Shown: positions 18,337 through 25,139 of the stretch, piece by piece
Position numbering within the stretch: the first letter of the stretch is position 1
Layout: the number at the start of each line of letters is the position of its first letter
IMG/VR virus record: IMGVR_UViG_3300027851_000027
Coordinates: 1-63,688 of that record
Length of the DNA: 63,688 nt
Strand: one strand, 5' to 3'
DNA from: a virus
Taxonomy: Duplodnaviria; Caudoviricetes
Notes under the pieces: model-generated
Told to the model about the DNA's origin: nothing
Databases searched by the model: none
Seen by the model: only the letters and a program-made list of their open reading frames with translations
Made by a program: the position numbers and the translations under genes

Positions 18337-18746
18337 ATTGCAGACCCAGCGAGCGCCCTGGCATCCGCCAGGGCGTTGTGAGGGATGGCCGATGTGGTAG
18401 CGGTGTCCGGGAGGTCGCGCCGCACCTCGAAGGTCATTCGGTCAGGCCCGATCCGATCACCCGGAGCGTACTCCAGAAAGTTGCAGAAGTGCGCGATGTC
18501 CCCGGGCCAGTCCGAAACGATGTGCACGCAATCGAATTGGCGCAGGAAGCTGTCCAACGAAGCGCGCAGGGCGCTATCCCGCTCAGGCTCTTTCCCGAGA
18601 TACGGCATGACGTGCTCTTTCACCCACCAGCCAGGGTCATCGCAAAAGCGCACGCCGTACCACTCGCATCCATCTTCAGCCACCAGTGCCAGAGAAATCA
18701 ATGAGCCTCGGTACTCATTGAACTCGGTGTCTATCCACATTTTCAT
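18333..18746 (-). CDS. DEDDh 3'-5' exonuclease (Rv2179c-like)
   Basis: IDTEF...LISLALV and HNALADAR motifs. Confidence 0.85.
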   Translation of the reverse strand: MKMWIDTEFNEYRGSLISLALVAEDGCEWYGVRFCDDPGWWVKEHVMPYLGKEPERDSALRASLDSFLRQFDCVHIVSDWPGDIAHFCNFLEYAPGDRIGPDRMTFEVRRDLPDTATTSAIPHNALADARALAGSAI

Positions 18747-19318
18747 GCCAACTGCCTCCGAATTTCAATCTCAGCGAAGCTGTACGCGCCGGCCATGGCG
18801 TGCATCAGGTCGGCGGCGAATTCCTTCTGCGTGAAGTCCAGCCCTACGGCGTCCTTGGCCTTCCCAGATCCACCGCAGCGCCGGCAGATGTTCTGAATGC
18901 TGCCATCGTACCCGCCGATCAGGCCGGTGCCGCTGCACGTTTGGCATGTCGGGCTCAGGAACGAACCCAGGCACCCGCCTACGATGGCGGCGATCTGCTT
19001 GTCAGACAGCATCACCCGGCGCTTTGTCGCGCGGTCCAGTGCCCACAGGTGCAGCGCTTCCTTGGTTTCGCGCAGAGTTCGCAGCTCCATCAGGATCAGC
19101 AGCATGCCGGTCAGGTCGTTGTCGGCCGTCCTGCGCACGTCTTGGGCCACGGAGTCGTATTCCTGCATGAGCCTGAGCAGCTTCGGGCCGATGCCGTGCA
19201 CCATGCCTGCGGCTGCGATCATGTCCACATCCCCCTGCCGGTGCTCGCTCATACCGAGGTGACTGGTGTGCGCGGCGCGGGCGTAGCGCTCGGCTGTTGT
19301 GGGTTTGTCGTCGCTCAT
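18743..19318 (-). CDS. Late antiterminator Q-like protein
   Basis: CQTCSGTG...CRRCGGSG zinc motif; near the end of the PR arm before the late promoter. Confidence 0.7.
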   Translation of the reverse strand: MSDDKPTTAERYARAAHTSHLGMSEHRQGDVDMIAAAGMVHGIGPKLLRLMQEYDSVAQDVRRTADNDLTGMLLILMELRTLRETKEALHLWALDRATKRRVMLSDKQIAAIVGGCLGSFLSPTCQTCSGTGLIGGYDGSIQNICRRCGGSGKAKDAVGLDFTQKEFAADLMHAMAGAYSFAEIEIRRQLA

Positions 19319-19569
19319 GCGCTGCCTTTCTTGTGTTGGGATATTTTTTTCGACCACTCGCGCACACGCGCATGGCCGGCTTCCTCGTTGCCTTCGCCGA
19401 ACATCTGGCTCAGGGCCTTGGCGTACTCCGGGGACTTGATGCCGGCGCGCTTGCTTTCGAACAGCTCACGGCCCTGGGCCAGTGCGCGGGCGCTGCATTC
19501 ATCGCAGCCGGCGTGGAATCGCCCGGTGGTAGGGTTGTGGCTGGCGTGTCCGCAGGCTTCGCAGGTCAC
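19315..19569 (-). CDS. Small Cys-rich hypothetical protein
   Basis: CEAC...CDEC; ATGA-coupled. Confidence 0.65.
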   Translation of the reverse strand: MTCEACGHASHNPTTGRFHAGCDECSARALAQGRELFESKRAGIKSPEYAKALSQMFGEGNEEAGHARVREWSKKISQHKKGSA

Positions 19570-19766
19570 ATCTGACCTTTCAGCCTCATGTTTTCTTCGC
19601 GCAGCTCGAACACCAGCTTTTCCAGTGCCATGGTGTATGCCGCTTCATGGCCTTGCTCTCCAGTGAACTGGTCGATGCGATAGATCTGCTCGCGCAGCCA
19701 CCGCTGATCTTCTGTTTCGGTCTTGATGAGGTCGGCCGGGATGTCTTCGTAGACGGGTTCGATCAT
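19566..19766 (-). CDS. Hypothetical protein
   Basis: aggag RBS, start MIEPVY. Confidence 0.6.
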   Translation of the reverse strand: MIEPVYEDIPADLIKTETEDQRWLREQIYRIDQFTGEQGHEAAYTMALEKLVFELREENMRLKGQM

Positions 19767-19779
19767 GTTGGTACTCCTG

Positions 19780-20244
19780 TTAGAACTCTTGCGCCAGACT
19801 GGCGTGCACGTTGTCCCAGAACATCCGGTCATCGACGCGCAACAGATAGCCCTCGTTTGCTTGGTCACCGCCTTGGCTGGCGATGTGGGCGGCACATGTC
19901 CAAGCCTTCGCGGTGTCGGAGTCGGCGGGTTCGCAGCGGTCCAGTTTTTCCAACGCCAGCAAGTGAGGACATTCGCGGGTCTTCACACCAAGGCAGCAGG
20001 ACAGGTGGTTGTCCTTCACCGGTACGGGTGCCTGCATGCTGCACTGCTGGTGCGTCTGCGGAAGAGCGTTCTCGCGCTCTTGGCGGAACAGCATCACCAT
20101 GCGCGGCACCTCGTCGGCCATCTTCAACCCGTCGTACATGAAGCGCGCTTCGCTCCATTCCTTGCCAGCCGCGCGTTGGGCGTCTTGATGACGGTTCACA
20201 GCAGCGTGCCATTCTTGGTTCAGCGGGTATTTCAATCGGTCCAT
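19780..20244 (-). CDS. Hypothetical protein
   Basis: 154 aa with aaggag RBS. Confidence 0.7.
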   Translation of the reverse strand: MDRLKYPLNQEWHAAVNRHQDAQRAAGKEWSEARFMYDGLKMADEVPRMVMLFRQERENALPQTHQQCSMQAPVPVKDNHLSCCLGVKTRECPHLLALEKLDRCEPADSDTAKAWTCAAHIASQGGDQANEGYLLRVDDRMFWDNVHASLAQEF

Positions 20245-20263
20245 GTTGTTGCTCCTTAGTTGT

Positions 20264-20794
20264 TCAATGGGTTGCTTCGCGCATGGCTTCGAGAATCTTC
20301 ATCCGGGCCTGAGTCGCCAGAACCATCTGCTGCGGGCTGCTGGCCTGCAAGATGGCCTCATAGACCAGAATCGCTTCACCCAGCGCCAGTTGCTCCGGGC
20401 GGGTGGTCGCCCACTTGCCCAGCGTGTTGCGGCGGGTCTGGATGCTGCGCAGCGCTTCTGCACCGGCCCTGCAGTCGGCCACCGGCTGGCAGTCATCACC
20501 ACCGATTTCGATCGATCGGATCAAGGCAACGCCGATGGCGTGCGCCAACAGGTCGAACTCTGCGGATTCCTCGGGCTTGAGCTTGTGGCTCACCAGAGCA
20601 CCAAGCGCGCGGTTCACGATGTTGCGGGCGTTGTCGGCGGCGTCCTGCGTTCCTTCGAGCCAGCTACCGGGCAGCGGTTCATCGGTGTAGGATCGGCAGC
20701 GCTGCAGGGTGTTCAGGAACTCGGCGCCATTGAACGTCCTGGCGGCGGGGTTGCCCAGTCGCTTGCGGGCGTAGGCTGTCATTTTCTTGCCCAT
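20264..20794 (-). CDS. Hypothetical protein
   Basis: 176 aa helical, coupled to upstream gene. Confidence 0.7.
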   Translation of the reverse strand: MGKKMTAYARKRLGNPAARTFNGAEFLNTLQRCRSYTDEPLPGSWLEGTQDAADNARNIVNRALGALVSHKLKPEESAEFDLLAHAIGVALIRSIEIGGDDCQPVADCRAGAEALRSIQTRRNTLGKWATTRPEQLALGEAILVYEAILQASSPQQMVLATQARMKILEAMREATH

Positions 20795-21339
20795 CAGCGC
20801 GCTCCCAAGCCAGAGAACGGGTTCGCCCTGCGGAACCGTCCAGCCTTGCCAAGTCGGTAGGCGGAAATCAGTGACTGGTCCACACCGAGTTCCTTTGCAA
20901 GGTGCACACCCTTCTCTTCACCGTCCATGATTCGAATGATCGCGGCGTCGTCAAGTTTCCCAAGCCTCTTTGTCTGGGTCGCGGATATCTTCGCGGCGCG
21001 CGCTTCCTGATTCGTGTTCTTGCGCGTGCGGATCAACATCTTCGACTTCGTGATGTTCCTGGCGTGCTCAGGGTTGACGCACCAGCTGTTCTCGCATGAT
21101 GTGCTGGCCACATGGCCCGGTGGCGTAGGTCTGTCTTTCAAACCAGCCATGATCAGCGCGCGCACGGGACGGCGGATTCCCTGGTGGTACATCATTGGAA
21201 CGCTTCCGCTGGTGAACGAACCGCCCCACTCCCAGCAGTCGCCGCACTCTTTGCTTCGTGAACGGATGACTTGCAGCAGGTACGGGCCTGAGAGGTCTTT
21301 TGGCGGGCCGATGAGGCCCTTCTTTTTCGGTGTGCTCAT
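20794..21339 (-). CDS. Degenerate His-Me finger (HNH-like) protein with C-terminal HTH
   Basis: CWEWGG...SCEN..CVNPEH; LAKELGVDQSLIS HTH; usual catalytic His before C is absent. Confidence 0.65.
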   Translation of the reverse strand: MSTPKKKGLIGPPKDLSGPYLLQVIRSRSKECGDCWEWGGSFTSGSVPMMYHQGIRRPVRALIMAGLKDRPTPPGHVASTSCENSWCVNPEHARNITKSKMLIRTRKNTNQEARAAKISATQTKRLGKLDDAAIIRIMDGEEKGVHLAKELGVDQSLISAYRLGKAGRFRRANPFSGLGAR

Positions 21340-21686
21340 GCTTCATCCACCCGGCACGGCGAAGGGTTCTCATCGAACCGCACCGCCTTGATTGTTGGGA
21401 ATCCCTTCCACATGCACTTCATGATCCGGTGCCGGCCATCCATGATTTCTCCGTCTTCGTCCAGAATGATCGGCATGGCCAAGTCGGCGGCTTCGATGGC
21501 CTTGATGTGCATGACCAACTCGCGCATGGTCAGTTTGTTGTAGTAGTGCCAGACGTTCAGGTGAGCGAGCGGAACTTCCATCACGGGGAGGTCTTTCGAT
21601 AGCTCGAACAAGCGGGGCACGCTCCAGTGGTGCCGCCCGATCTGAGACATCTGGTCTACGGGGTCGGTCCAGGGTTTGATCTTCAT
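21336..21686 (-). CDS. ParB/Srx-like domain protein
   Basis: PIILDEDGEIMDGRHR motif. Confidence 0.75.
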   Translation of the reverse strand: MKIKPWTDPVDQMSQIGRHHWSVPRLFELSKDLPVMEVPLAHLNVWHYYNKLTMRELVMHIKAIEAADLAMPIILDEDGEIMDGRHRIMKCMWKGFPTIKAVRFDENPSPCRVDEA

Positions 21687-22021
21687 GATCGGCTGATCCT
21701 CGTCATCTTTCCGCAGTGGTCGCACTTGGTTTTTGAACGCTCTGCCAAGCGTTTCATCTGGTCTTGGTAGGTCGCTGCTGACTGCATCCATTGGCTCTCT
21801 TGCTTCATCAGGTTTTCCAGAACGAACATCGGGGACACCTCTCCGCCACAGGAAAGGCACTTGCACTTTCCGCCTTTGACATTGACCTCGAAAGGCCCTC
21901 TCCAATGGCTGCATGTCCCAATGGGCACCGGCTGCAGAAAGGCCTCTCCTATCGGCTGGCGTTTCTTGACCGGCAACTTGAGGATGTTTTCCCCACTCAC
22001 ATCAACTGGCGGCAGGTTCAT
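21683..22021 (-). CDS. Zinc-ribbon hypothetical protein
   Basis: CLSCGG and CDHCGK; ATGA-coupled. Confidence 0.7.
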   Translation of the reverse strand: MNLPPVDVSGENILKLPVKKRQPIGEAFLQPVPIGTCSHWRGPFEVNVKGGKCKCLSCGGEVSPMFVLENLMKQESQWMQSAATYQDQMKRLAERSKTKCDHCGKMTRISRS

Positions 22022-22473
22022 GCGGGCCACCTCGGGAGATTCGCAGGCCACTGGCCAGATTCTTCGATCTGCGCGCGGGTTTCGGCGGCCCACTTCCTGC
22101 CCATTCGGATGTGCTCAGCGCGGTCGATGAACAAGGCGTAGCGGTCGAAACGTGAGTGGCATCCCAGCGATCCGGGTTCATCGGCGCAAAGTGGCATGGC
22201 GCGTCTGTCATCCAGCTTCAAGGCCTTGCCCTTGCCTTCGTTTTCGTGGGCGTGCTGACTGCGGCCTTCGCGCCGGCAGTTCGCGCAAGGCAGCGCGGCC
22301 ACCAGGCGGCGGTAGGGTTCGCTGCGCACCGGGTTTTCTTTCTCGATGGCCTCATGCACTGCGGTGACAGGTCCCATGCTGGCGTTGCGGCGCAGATGCA
22401 AAGGGATCGGTGTGTGGATGGTCCGCTTGCGCTCGATCTGCGGGCGCTTGAAACTGGAACGTTTTAGCGTCAT
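22018..22473 (-). CDS. DUF968-like putative nuclease
   Basis: LPCANC...QHAH...DD..AMPLC...CH..FD. Confidence 0.7.
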   Translation of the reverse strand: MTLKRSSFKRPQIERKRTIHTPIPLHLRRNASMGPVTAVHEAIEKENPVRSEPYRRLVAALPCANCRREGRSQHAHENEGKGKALKLDDRRAMPLCADEPGSLGCHSRFDRYALFIDRAEHIRMGRKWAAETRAQIEESGQWPANLPRWPA

Positions 22474-22574
22474 GCGGCCTCCCTCATGGCATTGACCGCC
22501 TCGACAGCCTCAATGCGCCTACCGATCCAAGCGGCCACGGGTACAGCCCAGCTATTTCCGAGCGCCTTGTAGCG
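22470..22574 (-). pseudogene. Orphaned original 3' end (motif X) of the C5-MTase
   Basis: Encodes RYKALGNSWAVPVAAWIGRRI...EAA*, 18/21 aa identical to the MTase segment at 23239..23301; retains ATGA coupling to the next gene. Confidence 0.85.
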
Positions 22575-22610
22575 TATAGAATTTAGGCAATTCATCTGAA
22601 AGGGTTTTGT

Positions 22611-23261
22611 ATGGTTCTTTGTTCGATTGAAGGCTGTGGTCGCAAGCACGCAGCTCACGGTTTCTGCTTGATGCACTACAAGCGCGTTCAGAAGCACGGG
22701 ACGCCCGAATACCGATGGGGCGGCAAGGAAGTTGGTCGGCAATGCCTTCACTGCGATAGGCCCGTGACGGCTCGCGAACTTTGCGTTCGGCATTACCAGA
22801 TGTGGCATCGACATGGAGATGCGCTCTTCGCGGACAGCAAGAAGGTTGATGGCATGGCTGCTGGCGAGCACATGCGGCGCGGATACAAGATGGTGACGCC
22901 TTCCGCTACGGCGCTGAAAGCTGTAAGCGCCAGCCTTGCGACGGTCGAGAAGACGCACAAGGCGCACGCCGCCAACTTTGAGGCAAAGGGGCTGCGAGAT
23001 GGAAGCAGCAGGAGCCGCCGACAATGGGAGCATCGCAAGATCGCCGAGGCCAAGTCGGGGCAGATCGTTCACCATATCGACGGCGACCCGTTGAACAATG
23101 CAAGGGAGAACTTGCATGTGTTCAACTCCCCAGCGGAGCACGCGCGTGCTCACCGTTCGTTGGAAAAAGCCGCGTATGGCTTTCTGCGTTCGGGGTTGCT
23201 TGTGTTTGACGCTGAGAGTGGATGCTATCTACCAGTGCAATCCTCTCGCCAATCCACCTAG
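22611..23261 (+). CDS. HNH homing-type endonuclease with two N-terminal Cys/His zinc repeats
   Basis: EHR...VHHIDGDPLNNARENL...EHARAH; antisense to its operon; gaaaggg RBS. Confidence 0.88.
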   Translation: MVLCSIEGCGRKHAAHGFCLMHYKRVQKHGTPEYRWGGKEVGRQCLHCDRPVTARELCVRHYQMWHRHGDALFADSKKVDGMAAGEHMRRGYKMVTPSATALKAVSASLATVEKTHKAHAANFEAKGLRDGSSRSRRQWEHRKIAEAKSGQIVHHIDGDPLNNARENLHVFNSPAEHARAHRSLEKAAYGFLRSGLLVFDAESGCYLPVQSSRQST

Positions 23262-24654
23262 CTACTGGCACGGCCCAACTGTTACCCAAACTTTTATACC
23301 TTGGCCCATCCGGGCACTGGTCTGCTGGCTTCTTTCTCCATGGGATTTGTGTGTGGCCGGGAGAAAATCCTTGGAGTTTTTCGCATTCCTCGGGCGTAAG
23401 GCGGCGCACTTGCATCCCGGCTTGCGGTTGTACGGCGAATGGCGATTTCTCAAAAGCTCGCAAGCAATCCGTCCGGTCTTCACTGATGCCCATGCTGCTG
23501 GCATCGTTGCCGCTCTTGTGCATGTTGAATGCGACGGCTGTAGGGTTTACAGCACACAGTGATGGTCTCAACTCTTCCGAGCTGGCGCACTGCGTAGCAC
23601 TCATGCGACCAGGGAACGCAATCGCAGGCGCATGCGCCCCAGCGGCCAGCGGGTGGCAAGGATCGCCCGCCTTCGGGTTGCTGTAGTTCGCTTTGCTGGT
23701 GATCTGGGTGGTGTCGAAACAGACCGCCTGCACCTCTGCCCGTGCTTCCAGCGTGTACGCATGGTCGGCCTGCACGCCCACTCCATCCGGTCCACTGTTT
23801 GGGTTGGTGCGCAGTGCGCCAGCCTGGATAGCGAACGAAACTGGCACCAGTGGCGTTCCGCGCCCCGTGCCGTCCTCACTGGCGTCAAAGCCCTCGCCGC
23901 GCAGGCTGTGCGCAACATACGGAGCTTCGTGGTTGCAGTTCAGCGTCGGAGCCATGTCGGCACCGATTTCGGCACCGGCCTGACCCGTGGCTACGCAGAT
24001 AGTTTTATCAATCAGATGGCCGGCTCTTGCGTGATCGACATCGCTACCGCCTTGAGTGCTTCTGAGAGTGCCGGCGGTAGATCCTTTCCGCGCTTGTCGG
24101 CTCGGCGCAGGATGCCCTTGCAGGCTGTGGCGCTCAAAAAGAACCGCTGCGGCACTGCGCCAGTCTCCAAGACATCCGACAACGAACACACGGCGGCGGC
24201 GCTGGGCCACTCCAAAGTACTGAGCGTCCAGAACCCGGTAGGCGAACCCATACCCGAGTTGGCCCAGCATCCCGAGGAAGGTTCCAAAATCCCTTCCTCC
24301 GTTGCTGGACAGGACGCCGGGGACGTTCTCCCAAACCAGCCACTTGGGCCGATACTTTGCAGCAATGGCACCGTAGGTAAGCATGAGGTTGCCACGCGGG
24401 TCATCCAGTCCCTTTCGGAGTCCTGCGACGCTGAATGATTGGCAGGGGGTTCCTCCGCAAAGAAGGTCAATTGCATGGTCGGGCCAGTCCTTGAATTTGG
24501 TCATGTCGCCGTGGTTCGGCACATCGGGGTAGTGGTGGGCCAGCACGGCGCTGGGGAAGGGTTCGATTTCGCTGAACGCCACAGGCTTCCACCCGAGCGG
24601 CTTCCATGCGGAACTCGCGGCCTCGATCCCTGAGCAGACGGATAGGAATCTCAT
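23122..24654 (-). CDS. C5-cytosine DNA methyltransferase (alpha chain) with long multi-unit variable region
   Basis: Motifs I (SVCSGIEA), IV (GGTPCQSFS), VI (ENV), VIII (QRRRRVF), RRLTPEECEKLQGF and X (LGNSWAV). Confidence 0.93.
   Translation of the reverse strand: MRFLSVCSGIEAASSAWKPLGWKPVAFSEIEPFPSAVLAHHYPDVPNHGDMTKFKDWPDHAIDLLCGGTPCQSFSVAGLRKGLDDPRGNLMLTYGAIAAKYRPKWLVWENVPGVLSSNGGRDFGTFLGMLGQLGYGFAYRVLDAQYFGVAQRRRRVFVVGCLGDWRSAAAVLFERHSLQGHPAPSRQARKGSTAGTLRSTQGGSDVDHARAGHLIDKTICVATGQAGAEIGADMAPTLNCNHEAPYVAHSLRGEGFDASEDGTGRGTPLVPVSFAIQAGALRTNPNSGPDGVGVQADHAYTLEARAEVQAVCFDTTQITSKANYSNPKAGDPCHPLAAGAHAPAIAFPGRMSATQCASSEELRPSLCAVNPTAVAFNMHKSGNDASSMGISEDRTDCLRAFEKSPFAVQPQAGMQVRRLTPEECEKLQGFSPGHTQIPWRKKPADQCPDGPRYKSLGNSWAVPVARWIGERIALVDSIHSQRQTQATPNAESHTRLFPTNGEHARAPLGS
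24012..24476 (-). CDS. Nested alternative-frame ORF resembling the M.EcoHK31I beta polypeptide
   Basis: SSGCWANSGM...WTLSTLEWPS....CSLSDVLE.....FFLS......ILRRA..RG..LP; AAGGA 11 nt upstream of ATG. Confidence 0.7.
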   Translation of the reverse strand: MQLTFFAEEPPANHSASQDSERDWMTRVATSCLPTVPLLQSIGPSGWFGRTSPASCPATEEGILEPSSGCWANSGMGSPTGFWTLSTLEWPSAAAVCSLSDVLETGAVPQRFFLSATACKGILRRADKRGKDLPPALSEALKAVAMSITQEPAI

Positions 24655-25139
24655 GCGGCCACCTCTTCCCGCTTCGGCGCGCGGCGCAAGTCGATCAGCT
24701 TCCCGGTGCTCGGGTCGATGGCCTTTTCAGGGATGTCGTGCTCCATCGACACCCCCCAAAAATAGATCCACTCGATCAGGTCTGCCATATCGCGCCCGCT
24801 CATTTCAGAGGTCTTGAGGAACACGATGTCGATGCCCTTTCCATCCAGGGCCGGCAGGTACTCGATGGCCTCTCCTTTGGCGCGCGACCATGCGGACACC
24901 GTGAGCCTCTTCCATTCATCGATCGATCGGTATTCGCCGGCCCATGGCACGTTCTTTGACAGCCATCCCAGCATTGCGTGAAGGCGCGCGCTGTGTTCTG
25001 CGCTGCGCTTGGCCGGGCGCACCACCAGCTCCAGCTTGTGGCCTGCGATGTTCATCGCCTTGCACCACTCTTTCACCGGGCCAGCAAGAACCTTGTGGCT
25101 CTCGACCCAGTTCGGCGTCAGGATGAAGGTCTTGTTCAT
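24651..25139 (-). CDS. ninB: NinB/Orf-family recombination protein
   Basis: KRS..HSARLHAML...EWK...TSEMS...MADLIEWI. Confidence 0.8.
   Translation of the reverse strand: MNKTFILTPNWVESHKVLAGPVKEWCKAMNIAGHKLELVVRPAKRSAEHSARLHAMLGWLSKNVPWAGEYRSIDEWKRLTVSAWSRAKGEAIEYLPALDGKGIDIVFLKTSEMSGRDMADLIEWIYFWGVSMEHDIPEKAIDPSTGKLIDLRRAPKREEVAA

Noticed and set aside
17061-18381. ORFs called across the late leader
   Set aside because: Arg/Pro/Gly-rich, no RBS, and they overlap the tRNA, hairpins and promoter.
22470-23153. 227-aa minus-strand ORF as a genuine protein
   Set aside because: Mostly the antisense shadow of the HNH gene; only the last 34 codons are meaningful. A role in maintaining translational coupling cannot be excluded.
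22575-23301. Group I intron or intein in the MTase
   Set aside because: The endonuclease is antisense, the insert does not end in G before the orphan tail, no intein motifs are present, and the MTase is already complete without splicing.
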